A stretch of DNA of 64,000 nt from an uncultured virus (IMG/VR IMGVR_UViG_3300006925_000013) (lineage: Duplodnaviria; Heunggongvirae; Uroviricota; Caudoviricetes): IMG/VR virus record IMGVR_UViG_3300006925_000013, positions 1 to 64,000 of that record; one strand, 5' to 3'. The notes below the pieces were generated by a model. The model had not been told where the DNA came from and did no database searches. It saw nothing but the letters and a program-made list of their open reading frames with translations. The position numbers and the translations under genes are program-made. The first letter of the stretch is position 1. Each line of letters starts with the position of its first letter. Shown in pieces: positions 50,436 through 58,893 of the stretch.

Positions 50436-51084
50436 AAAAGCAGTATTGTTTATTTTAGTTATAGTAGGATTAGTATTAATTACTATGCCTGCTAATGCAA
50501 CAGGCAATGCTAAATTTGGATGGACCCAAATTAATAGCGACACAACTACATTAAAGTTAAGTCTAGACCATGAATGGGATAATCCACTTATTGACTATGT
50601 TGTAGAAACAGACTATGTTTACAAGGAACAAGAAGACGTAGTCAAAATGGATAAGTTTAGTATTATAGGCAAAGCAAATAAAGATATTACACCTAAGTAT
50701 TATGCATTTAGTGTTTCAAGTTATGATAGAGATAAATTGAGATTGTCAGGTGATAGAATAGTTACTGGTGGCGGCATTGGTATAAAAGTTTTTAGAAATG
50801 ATAATTGGAAAATAAGTCATGAGGCTTCAGTTGCATACTTAACCACAGATGAAGTAGACGAAGCAATACTTAGAAACAGTTTATGGGTATTTTATAAACT
50901 AAATGACAGTCTTAATATTACTAACAAGTTGTTAAATGAAACAGGCACAGATACATATTTGCGTAATGAAACAGCAATTAATTATAGTTTAAATGAAAAG
51001 GTATCATTAGGTTTTAGTAACACTTACACAGAAGATCCGATTGACAATAATGTTTTAAGTGTTACAATAGGAGTTAAGTGGTAA
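50422..51084 (+). CDS. outer-membrane beta-barrel protein (DUF481-like)
   Basis: Signal peptide ending ANA, amphipathic strands, C-terminal VTIGVKW beta-signal. Confidence 0.7.
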   Translation: MSRIKKAVLFILVIVGLVLITMPANATGNAKFGWTQINSDTTTLKLSLDHEWDNPLIDYVVETDYVYKEQEDVVKMDKFSIIGKANKDITPKYYAFSVSSYDRDKLRLSGDRIVTGGGIGIKVFRNDNWKISHEASVAYLTTDEVDEAILRNSLWVFYKLNDSLNITNKLLNETGTDTYLRNETAINYSLNEKVSLGFSNTYTEDPIDNNVLSVTIGVKW

Positions 51085-51302
51085 TGGGTCATCCTACTAA
51101 TACACAGATTAAAAAAGCAATAGACGAAGGTGTTGCTAAAATACTCCGTGAGTTAGAAGTGATCAAACAACAAGGTCGCCCAGCAGGATTACACATTGAA
51201 AGCGGTTGGAAAGATAAAGAAAAAGAGGGCAGTTGGTACGAAGGCGGTAACCCGCATAAAGACGATAGCCAAGAAACATATGATCCTGAAGTAGATGATT
51301 GA
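51078..51302 (+). CDS. hypothetical protein
   Basis: AGGAG SD. Confidence 0.6.
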   Translation: MVMGHPTNTQIKKAIDEGVAKILRELEVIKQQGRPAGLHIESGWKDKEKEGSWYEGGNPHKDDSQETYDPEVDD

Positions 51303-51390
51303 GATACTGATATGGAGTTTAATAGTAATTACATGGGCATCAGTAGGATTACATGTAATAAAAGAGTTTGTGAGAAATCACATAGAATAG
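51295..51390 (+). CDS. 31-aa hydrophobic micro-protein
   Basis: MIEILIWSLIVITWASVGLHVIKEFVRNHIE fills the gap. Confidence 0.45.
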   Translation: MIEILIWSLIVITWASVGLHVIKEFVRNHIE

Positions 51391-51399
51391 GAGAATGAA

Positions 51400-51810
51400 A
51401 TGATAGAACCTAGTGTAAAGAGACCTAGTTTATTTAGAAGAACTGTAATGGGACTTGTAAAAGGCTGGAGACGTGTAATGGATGTGAGATACAATCCATT
51501 AAGAGTAATTAAAGACCCAAGTTTACAAACATACTTTATGTTGGTATTGTTTACTGTATGGAGTGTGTTCTTTGGCTTCTTAGCCGCAAACTACTTAGGA
51601 TTCTTTGATTATAATACTGTTACTAGTATTATTATACATATTTCTATTTTACTACCATTAGCATTTACTAATGCAATCTTTGTTGATGCAGAACGTGATG
51701 GACACAAATGGTTAAAGGAATGGAAGGAAGAGCAAAATAGATATACCATAATAACTAATAGGTTGAAAAAGAAAAACCTAGTTATGTGGGATCCAGGCAA
51801 GGAGGCGTAA
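51400..51810 (+). CDS. two-TM membrane protein
   Basis: AGGAG SD; VMDVRYNPL...DPSLQTYFML. Confidence 0.7.
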   Translation: MIEPSVKRPSLFRRTVMGLVKGWRRVMDVRYNPLRVIKDPSLQTYFMLVLFTVWSVFFGFLAANYLGFFDYNTVTSIIIHISILLPLAFTNAIFVDAERDGHKWLKEWKEEQNRYTIITNRLKKKNLVMWDPGKEA

Positions 51811-51992
51811 TGGCAATATCAGATGAGATGAGAGAACAACTAGAACAGATTGTTCAGTATGGTGATCAAATAAAAGCAATGTTCAAAGAACAAGATGACG
51901 TTGACTATGAGATTGGTGACTACGATGAACCTATCACACAACTGTTAGGTCATATGAATGAAGTAATGGAAACAATTGACGGAGGTTGGTAG
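51810..51992 (+). CDS. hypothetical acidic protein
   Basis: AGGAGG SD before ATG 51810. Confidence 0.6.
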   Translation: MAISDEMREQLEQIVQYGDQIKAMFKEQDDVDYEIGDYDEPITQLLGHMNEVMETIDGGW

Positions 51993-52417
51993 TGAGAAGT
52001 ATTTGGGTAACATTCAGTAAAGAGGGTATTCACAAGTACCCTGCCGCCTTGGAAGATCCTAATTTAGCAACAGGCGATTGGGACGATGTATCCTTTTTAG
52101 GATATCCACACAGACACATCTTTCACTTTAAGGTATGGCTTGAAGTGTTTCATGATGACAGAGACGTAGAATTTATACAGTTCAAGAGATGGATGGAAAG
52201 ACTGTATGCACATGACACATTGCAATTAGATTACAAGAGTTGTGAAATGATTGCAGACGATTTAGCGAGTGAGATACAAGCAATGTATCCTGATCGCTAC
52301 ATAAAGATTTCGGTAGCCGAGGATAACGAGAACGGTTGCGAAATGGAATACTTTGTTGAGGATCATGAGGAAGGCCCAGATCAAGACTTAGTTGATGTAT
52401 TTGAGAGTTTAAAGTGA
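51986..52417 (+). CDS. QueD-like T-fold protein with LxxxHRHxF motif (DpdL-type)
   Basis: LGYPHRHIF replaces QueD CxxxHGH; SCEMIA, VAEDNENG. Confidence 0.7.
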   Translation: MVVRSIWVTFSKEGIHKYPAALEDPNLATGDWDDVSFLGYPHRHIFHFKVWLEVFHDDRDVEFIQFKRWMERLYAHDTLQLDYKSCEMIADDLASEIQAMYPDRYIKISVAEDNENGCEMEYFVEDHEEGPDQDLVDVFESLK

Positions 52418-52989
52418 ACAATGTAATTGGTATTAATGGTTCTATACATCCGCTATACAGCGGTGCTTATATAGAAAAAAGTAATCTTGGTATTTTACAT
52501 TTACCAAAGAATGCTTCTTCGTCAATAAAACGTGCATTAAAACCAATTACTGATAAAACCGAAATAATTTTAAAAGATCTTACTATAGATAAATTTTGTG
52601 TAATATTAAGAGATCCAGTAGAACGATTTATAAGTGCTGTAAATATGTATTTGCACCCTAGAAAGATTACATCTAATTATGTAGACATTAGGAAAGAGGA
52701 TAACAAATACGGTATATTTAAAAGCAACGATGCACACTTTTTTTCGCAAAATACTTTTATTGAGGGTTTGGACAAAAGTAAAATTGATTTCTTTTGGTTA
52801 AACAATAATATAATTGATGATTTAAATAATTTTTATAATTTAAATATGGAACAAAATTATATAAATCGATTTAGTAAAATAGTAAAAAGTGTTGATATTG
52901 ACATTATTAAAGATGTTTATGTAAAAGACTATGAGTTAATTGACTCTGTTAAGTTCGTTAATAAGGTAGACAATGGAAACATCAATTGA
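52414..52989 (+). CDS. sulfotransferase family protein
   Basis: HLPKNASSS, LRDPVERFIS, DAHF, YVKDY. Confidence 0.65.
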   Translation: MNNVIGINGSIHPLYSGAYIEKSNLGILHLPKNASSSIKRALKPITDKTEIILKDLTIDKFCVILRDPVERFISAVNMYLHPRKITSNYVDIRKEDNKYGIFKSNDAHFFSQNTFIEGLDKSKIDFFWLNNNIIDDLNNFYNLNMEQNYINRFSKIVKSVDIDIIKDVYVKDYELIDSVKFVNKVDNGNIN

Positions 52990-53563
52990 TAACAAATATA
53001 CAAATTGTATGCCAGGTGATTGTGTATACAACAAAAAAGAGGACATTGCATTCTTGTTAGTACCTAAATGTGCTACAAGTGTAATTAGAGATTTTGAAAA
53101 AACAAATAACGATTGGAAAAGAATTACATTATGGGAAGAAGAAAAATGCCCAAGTAGGTTTATTGTGATATTAAGAGATCCAGTAGAACGATTTATCAGT
53201 ACTATTAATATGTACTTAGGTTGGAGAGAAGTAGAACCTCATACAAACTATGTTACTTTTAATTTTAGTGATGAAGGATTTTATTTAGAATCTAACGATG
53301 CACATTTTAAGCCACAAAAAAGTTTCTTAATTGATATGTTTGATATTATAAAAAAATATAATGCCAACCCTATCATAGATTATTTTTATTATAACAAAAA
53401 TATTTATAATCAAATCAATGATGAATATGGTTTCAACATTGACGCAACAAAACGTTTGATGCAATCAATAGACATTGTTAATGACGTTAATAAATCAGTA
53501 GTCAGACAGGCTTATAGAGCCGATTACGATTTAATTAAATCTGTACAATTTAAAAACACATAG
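52973..53563 (+). CDS. sulfotransferase family protein (paralogue of previous)
   Basis: VPKCATS, LRDPVERFIS, DAHFKPQ, YRADY. Confidence 0.65.
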   Translation: METSIDNKYTNCMPGDCVYNKKEDIAFLLVPKCATSVIRDFEKTNNDWKRITLWEEEKCPSRFIVILRDPVERFISTINMYLGWREVEPHTNYVTFNFSDEGFYLESNDAHFKPQKSFLIDMFDIIKKYNANPIIDYFYYNKNIYNQINDEYGFNIDATKRLMQSIDIVNDVNKSVVRQAYRADYDLIKSVQFKNT

Positions 53564-53572
53564 GAGATAATT

Positions 53573-53755
53573 ATGACAGAGACACATTTAAAAATTAAAG
53601 CACTTTTCGAAGAGTATGTAAGTGAAAACGAAAAATTTAAAGAAGGCCAAGGCGTAAAAGCATCGGCAACAAGAGCAAGGAAGGCATTAATGGAAATTAC
53701 TAAACTAGCGAAAGTTAGAAGAGGTGAGATTCAAGACGCAAAAAATAATGCCTAA
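53573..53755 (+). CDS. histone H1-like (Hc1-type) small basic protein
   Basis: KF...GVKASATRARKALMEITKLAKVRRGEIQDAKN. Confidence 0.65.
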   Translation: MTETHLKIKALFEEYVSENEKFKEGQGVKASATRARKALMEITKLAKVRRGEIQDAKNNA

Positions 53756-53912
53756 CATTAAACGTATTCCTTTCACTGAAAAGAAAGGAAACAAGGAGAC
53801 AGTAGTCCAACCTACTAAATCTAAACCAGCAGGATCTCTTACAGATGTTGTTGATGAAGTTGAGGATTGGGGCGGACTTTTAGATCCAAAGGAGGAAAAT
53901 AAAGATGAGTGA
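53748..53912 (+). CDS. hypothetical protein
   Basis: Likely ATG 53748; tiles operon. Confidence 0.5.
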   Translation: MPNIKRIPFTEKKGNKETVVQPTKSKPAGSLTDVVDEVEDWGGLLDPKEENKDE

Positions 53913-54900
53913 TAAACCAACAGTAGTTATTACAGGCGGACTTGGTTTTATTGGTGCACAGGTAAGTAAAACTTTTGCAGGTGCTGGATATGACGTAATT
54001 GTTATAGATTCTAACACGAGCAGAAAGTGGACACTACCAGAAGGTGCTACTTTATTTCCACATGAATTTCAGGCTACAACTACAGCAGGTATACTCGAAA
54101 TGTTTAAACCACAAGCGGTTATACATTTAGCGGCCAGTCATGTTGTTCCTGATAGTATTATTGACCCTGGCAAGTATTATAAAAATAATGTGTCGGGTAC
54201 TCAAGCACTATTAGATATGTGTGTTAAAGCAGGAGTTAAAAACTTTATCTTTAGCGGTTCTAGTAGTGTATATGGTGAAAGAGATAGCAGAGAACCATTT
54301 GCAGAAACTCTTACACCAACACCAATGAGTCCGTATGCAATGAGTAAGCACATGACAGAACTTATGTTAGAAGATTACAGCAAAGCATATGGGTTAAATT
54401 ATATTAGTACAAGATATTTTAATGCCGCTGGTGCAGACCCAGAAGGTAAAAATGGTTATACACAAGAACCAGCAACTCATGTAATGCCTATCATTATTGA
54501 TAAAATTACAAATGACGAGGTATTTAATATTTGTGGCGATGATTACGATACTAAAGACGGTACTTGCATTAGAGATTACTGTCATATACAAGACATAGCA
54601 AATGCTAAACTAAAAGCAGTAGAGCATTTAAGCAATGACGGTGAAAGTGGTATTGTAAACTTAGGCTCTGGTACAGGATTTAGTATTCATGATTTAATAA
54701 TTTCAGCACAAAACGTTGTTGGAAAAAGTTTAAAATATGAAGTAGGTCCTAGAAGAGCAGGAGATCCATCGTACTTATGTGGAGATATATCTAAAGCCAA
54801 AACTTTATTAGATTGGGAACCAACATATTCATTAGATGATATGTTTGCACATTCTAAGTTTTGGGTAGACAATAAAAACAAGGTAATTAAAAATAAATGA
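53905..54900 (+). CDS. galE: UDP-glucose 4-epimerase
   Basis: TGGLGFIG, IHLAA, YAMSK, RYFNAAGA, DGTCIRDY, RRAGD. Confidence 0.9.
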   Translation: MSDKPTVVITGGLGFIGAQVSKTFAGAGYDVIVIDSNTSRKWTLPEGATLFPHEFQATTTAGILEMFKPQAVIHLAASHVVPDSIIDPGKYYKNNVSGTQALLDMCVKAGVKNFIFSGSSSVYGERDSREPFAETLTPTPMSPYAMSKHMTELMLEDYSKAYGLNYISTRYFNAAGADPEGKNGYTQEPATHVMPIIIDKITNDEVFNICGDDYDTKDGTCIRDYCHIQDIANAKLKAVEHLSNDGESGIVNLGSGTGFSIHDLIISAQNVVGKSLKYEVGPRRAGDPSYLCGDISKAKTLLDWEPTYSLDDMFAHSKFWVDNKNKVIKNK

Positions 54901-55469
54901 TAGGAAGACGTAAATCAGTAAACGTTATTAATAGAACAGGTACACCTGTTATGTCAGTTGTCGGTGCAATAGGCAAAGGAGATGATTTAAGTTTAATCAA
55001 AAAGAAATTTCCTGTAACTGATAAAGAAATAATAGATGTTATACATTTCTTTTGTAATAATGTAGATTTTGATCAAAGTCATTTGTCTGTGTTTAAAGCA
55101 GTTGAATTTGATGATAATAAAATATCAGTACAACTTGACGAAATATCTGCAGAATTCTACTTAAGAATGTTAAACAGATATATCTTTAAATATAAAAAAA
55201 TAACTGATTTTGATGATATGCTATCAGAAGGTCTTAAAATGACATTTGGTGTTGTTTTAAACCTTAGTAGCAAGATTCTTGACGACACATATAATATATC
55301 AGGAGATAGCGAAGTGTTAAATCCTGTTTTAGATGCTGGATTTTATAAAGAACTTAAATTGTTTTTAGAATTTACTGGCAGAGATATTGTAGAGGAGGCA
55401 TCTAAAATAAACTTAGATGATTTTGATAAAGTGGACTTTGTTTTATTAGAAAACGACTTTGAAAGATAG
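54897..55469 (+). CDS. hypothetical protein, possible DUF433-like N-terminus
   Basis: TGTPV...IKKKFPVTDKEI. Confidence 0.55.
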   Translation: MIGRRKSVNVINRTGTPVMSVVGAIGKGDDLSLIKKKFPVTDKEIIDVIHFFCNNVDFDQSHLSVFKAVEFDDNKISVQLDEISAEFYLRMLNRYIFKYKKITDFDDMLSEGLKMTFGVVLNLSSKILDDTYNISGDSEVLNPVLDAGFYKELKLFLEFTGRDIVEEASKINLDDFDKVDFVLLENDFER

Positions 55470-55500
55470 GTTGACATTGGCCACAAAAAATGGTATAATA
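55469..55500 (+). promoter_or_regulatory. sigma70-type promoter, copy 2 of a duplicated 32-mer
   Basis: GGTTGACATTGGCCACAAAAAATGGTATAATA, 31/32 identical to 48989-49020. Confidence 0.85.
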
Positions 55501-55505
55501 AGAAC

Positions 55506-55994
55506 ATGGATAAACTATATTATAGTTGGGACGACTTAAACAGAGATTGTAGAATTATTGTGCGAGAAATGGCACATGAAAGTTACAAGCCTGAAGTTAT
55601 AATTGGTCCTGGAAGAGGTGCGTATGCCTTTGGTGTAATGATGAGTCATTACTATGAAGTGCCATTTGAAGCATTTAGATGGCAAACTAGAGACGCACAT
55701 ATCGAAGATTCGGAGACTCTAAGACATATTTTATCTAAATACAATGATAAAACAGTTTTAGTTGTTGACGATATTAATGATACTGGAACAACATTACAAG
55801 GTATTGATAAGGTAATCACAGACTATGTAGATAGCACAACTAATAAGATGGCTTATGCACATCAGGATATTAGATATGCTACATTGTTTGATAAAGAGTC
55901 TAGCAGTTTTGACAAAGTTGAATTTACTGCTAACAATGTATTACCCGATCAAGAACGTTGGATAGTGTTTCCGTATGAGGAGTGGTGGAGATGA
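55506..55994 (+). CDS. type I phosphoribosyltransferase (Gpt/XGPRT-like)
   Basis: YSWDD, GRG, VLVVDDINDTGTT, WIVFPYE. Confidence 0.85.
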   Translation: MDKLYYSWDDLNRDCRIIVREMAHESYKPEVIIGPGRGAYAFGVMMSHYYEVPFEAFRWQTRDAHIEDSETLRHILSKYNDKTVLVVDDINDTGTTLQGIDKVITDYVDSTTNKMAYAHQDIRYATLFDKESSSFDKVEFTANNVLPDQERWIVFPYEEWWR

Positions 55995-56185
55995 GAACAG
56001 CAGAAATAGTAAATGTAGATGGTACTGGTTACATAGTACATCTATTAAAAGACGGTGATGCTTTTGGTAAAATTGACGTTAGAGATAAGTCGATACACTA
56101 TGCACAGGATGTTGCAGAGAATTGGGAAAATGGTATCTTAAGGGAAGACAATGAGTACATCAAGAAGTTTGAAAAATCATCTTAG
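55982..56185 (+). CDS. hypothetical protein
   Basis: KSIHYAQDVAENW. Confidence 0.6.
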   Translation: MVEMRTAEIVNVDGTGYIVHLLKDGDAFGKIDVRDKSIHYAQDVAENWENGILREDNEYIKKFEKSS

Positions 56186-56363
56186 TGTCTTAGAAGCAAG
56201 GCACAGAGAGTTAGATAAAGCAATTAACGAGGAGTATGATCATTATGATAATGATGAAATTGTTAAAAAGCACAAATTTCAGAAACTTAAACTCAAGCAA
56301 GACATCGAACAACTTAAACATGAAATTTCTATAAAGGAGAAAGAAGAACATGGAAACAAGTAA
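56151..56363 (+). CDS. DUF465/YdcH-like coiled-coil protein
   Basis: HRELDKAI...KFQKLKLKQDI. Confidence 0.65.
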   Translation: MSTSRSLKNHLSVLEARHRELDKAINEEYDHYDNDEIVKKHKFQKLKLKQDIEQLKHEISIKEKEEHGNK

Positions 56364-57039
56364 AAAAATTAAACAAAGATTAGTTGAGGCAGGCAAAAGA
56401 CATTGGGCCGGCGACAATATCTCTGACTTTATTGAAGACGGAGAGAAGCAACAACTGATTGACGAACTTGCGGTTAAGTTCGAGGATGTATTACAAGGCT
56501 TGGTTATTGATACTGAAAATGATCCTAACAGTAATGATACTGGTAGGCGTCTTGCTAAAATGTATATTAATGAACTAATGGCTGGTAGATACGAAAACAT
56601 GCCTAATGCAACTGCTTTCCCTAACGACAGCGAAGATAGATATGAAGGTATGCTGGTTGTAAGAAGTGAACTCACAAGTATGTGTTCACATCACCATCAG
56701 ATTGTTAGAGGTGTGGCATACATTGGTATCATTGCCGCAGACAAACTAATTGGTTTGAGTAAGTACACTAGGATTGCACAATGGTGTGCGGCTAGAGGTA
56801 CATTACAAGAAGAACTTGCTAACGACATTGTTAGAGAGATTCAAAAAGCAACAGGGGCCGAGCACTTAGGTGTGTATGTACAAGCCACACATGGTTGCGT
56901 AGAGAACAGAGGTGTTAAGGCACATAGTAGTCTTACACAAACAACTGTATTAAAAGGCGCATTTAAAAATGACGCAGGTACAAAGAAAGAGTTTATGGAT
57001 AACATTAAACTACAACAACAATATTCTTGCGATAAGTAA
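56350..57039 (+). CDS. folE: GTP cyclohydrolase I
   Basis: DPNSNDTGRRLAKMY, SMCSHH, GLSK, QE, ATHGCVENRGV. Confidence 0.93.
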   Translation: METSKKIKQRLVEAGKRHWAGDNISDFIEDGEKQQLIDELAVKFEDVLQGLVIDTENDPNSNDTGRRLAKMYINELMAGRYENMPNATAFPNDSEDRYEGMLVVRSELTSMCSHHHQIVRGVAYIGIIAADKLIGLSKYTRIAQWCAARGTLQEELANDIVREIQKATGAEHLGVYVQATHGCVENRGVKAHSSLTQTTVLKGAFKNDAGTKKEFMDNIKLQQQYSCDK

Positions 57040-57926
57040 TGACATTAAAGTATAGCGAAACATTTTATTCAGCACAAGGGGAAGGCCAGTATGTAGGTAT
57101 CCCTAGTCTGTGGATGAGATTCTTCCTATGCAATTTACAATGTAATGGCTTTGGACAAAAAGACCCAACAGACCCTAGCACATATGATTTACCATATGAA
57201 AAATTAGATATCACAGACATCACTAATGTATTTGATTTACCTGTGTTTGAAAAAGGTTGTGATAGCAGTTACACTTGGAGTAAGAAATATAAACATCTTA
57301 TCACTGATAAAACTGTAGATGAAGCCGTAGACGAACTTACAGCACTTCTACCGCACGGTAAGTTTGTACACCCAGTTACACAACAAAACGCACACATGGT
57401 CTTTACAGGCGGCGAGCCAATGCTTAAAAACACACAGCCTGGCATGATGAACATTATAGAAGAGTTCAAACGCAGAGATAATATGCCAATGAACGTTACT
57501 GTGGAAACTAACGGCACCAAGCCTATCACAGATGAATTTGCTGATTGGGTACATCGTAATTATACAGGTTGGATAGGCAGAGAATGGTATTGGAGTTTAT
57601 CGCCTAAGTTATGGAGTACTGCTGGTGAGAAGCCTAAGAAAGCAATACAGCCAGAAGTAATTGGTAGATATGCTGAAGTAAGTCCTAAAGGACAATTGAA
57701 GTTTGTTGTTAATGGCTCAGAAGCAAGTTGGCAAGAAGTGGAAGACAATGTAAAACTGTTTAGAGATGCTGGCTGTAATTTCCCTGTATGGATTATGGGA
57801 GTTGGCGGCACATTTGAAGGCTTAGTACAAACTGAAGCCACCATTGCCGATGAGGCTATACAACGTGGATACAATTATACAAGCAGAGTCCACGTTCATA
57901 TATACGGAAATGCAATAGGAAAATAA
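57039..57926 (+). CDS. queE: 7-carboxy-7-deazaguanine synthase (radical SAM)
   Basis: ETFYSAQGEG, CNLQC...CDS with insertion, TGGEP, VETNG, SPK. Confidence 0.85.
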   Translation: MTLKYSETFYSAQGEGQYVGIPSLWMRFFLCNLQCNGFGQKDPTDPSTYDLPYEKLDITDITNVFDLPVFEKGCDSSYTWSKKYKHLITDKTVDEAVDELTALLPHGKFVHPVTQQNAHMVFTGGEPMLKNTQPGMMNIIEEFKRRDNMPMNVTVETNGTKPITDEFADWVHRNYTGWIGREWYWSLSPKLWSTAGEKPKKAIQPEVIGRYAEVSPKGQLKFVVNGSEASWQEVEDNVKLFRDAGCNFPVWIMGVGGTFEGLVQTEATIADEAIQRGYNYTSRVHVHIYGNAIGK

Positions 57927-57927
57927 A

Positions 57928-58341
57928 ATGGAAGAGTTTTTTCACAAACATATTATTAAATTTACAATTATAGTCACATTACCTTTATGGGTAGCATGGG
58001 CATTTGCAGATGACAAAGTTATAGGGTATACTGAACACGGTATTCCTGTTACTAAAGATGCTTTAGAAATTAACACATTTAATTACACAAGAGTTAGAGG
58101 TTGGGAATGGAATGATGAGGAAAATATACTAACTCTAAGATTTACAAATAAGAAAAAAATAGATGTAGAGTTTTATAATAGATGCTGGGACATACAGTAT
58201 GCTTCAGCCTTGCAATTCAACTCATGGGCAGGAACTACTTTTATTGGTAAGGGAGACAACATCACGCCTATAGGTTGGACAAATAAAGGAAAATATCCTT
58301 GTACAATAAAAAGTATGTATTTGGCGGTTGAGGAAGAATAA
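57928..58341 (+). CDS. exported hypothetical protein
   Basis: Signal peptide ending AFA; two Cys. Confidence 0.6.
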   Translation: MEEFFHKHIIKFTIIVTLPLWVAWAFADDKVIGYTEHGIPVTKDALEINTFNYTRVRGWEWNDEENILTLRFTNKKKIDVEFYNRCWDIQYASALQFNSWAGTTFIGKGDNITPIGWTNKGKYPCTIKSMYLAVEEE

Positions 58342-58346
58342 AATTT

Positions 58347-58499
58347 ATGTATAAGTGTTTTATCTGTAGCAAGGCCGTAAATTATTTAGATATAAAATAT
58401 CATACAGCAGATAAAACTAAAATATTTTGTGGTGCTAGTTGTAGCCTAACATACTATCAACAATTAAAGGAGAAAGAAGATGGCAAAGATGAAGTTTAA
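58347..58499 (+). CDS. 50-aa CxxC...FCxxxC zinc-finger protein (TRASH-like)
   Basis: MYKCFICSK...FCGASCS; below cutoff. Confidence 0.55.
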   Translation: MYKCFICSKAVNYLDIKYHTADKTKIFCGASCSLTYYQQLKEKEDGKDEV

Positions 58500-58893
58500 A
58501 GATATGATGGACCCTAAATTATGGTTCAAAAGCGAAAAGGATAGACGTATTGCTATTGCTAATAGAGATTTAACTGGCGGCGAGTTAGAAAAAGAACTTG
58601 CTACTATTGAAGATAAGCCTTATGTAAACGTATTGCAAATGGATGTTGATCCAATAAATCCTAAAAAAGGCTTTGTTGAACTTGACTTTAACGAGCAATT
58701 TGTTACAATGTTACAGACAAACGGTTACAGTGGCAAAAGCGATGACGACATTGTAAATGCATGGTTTAACGATTTGTGCAGAACTATACTGCAACAAGAA
58801 ATGGCTGACATGGACTTTGGTATGCAGGATATGGCACCTAACAGTAATGATGTCATAACAGTAACAGACGAAGACAAAGAAGCGAAGGAATAA
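58480..58893 (+). CDS. hypothetical phage protein
   Basis: AAGGAG SD. Confidence 0.7.
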   Translation: MAKMKFKDMMDPKLWFKSEKDRRIAIANRDLTGGELEKELATIEDKPYVNVLQMDVDPINPKKGFVELDFNEQFVTMLQTNGYSGKSDDDIVNAWFNDLCRTILQQEMADMDFGMQDMAPNSNDVITVTDEDKEAKE

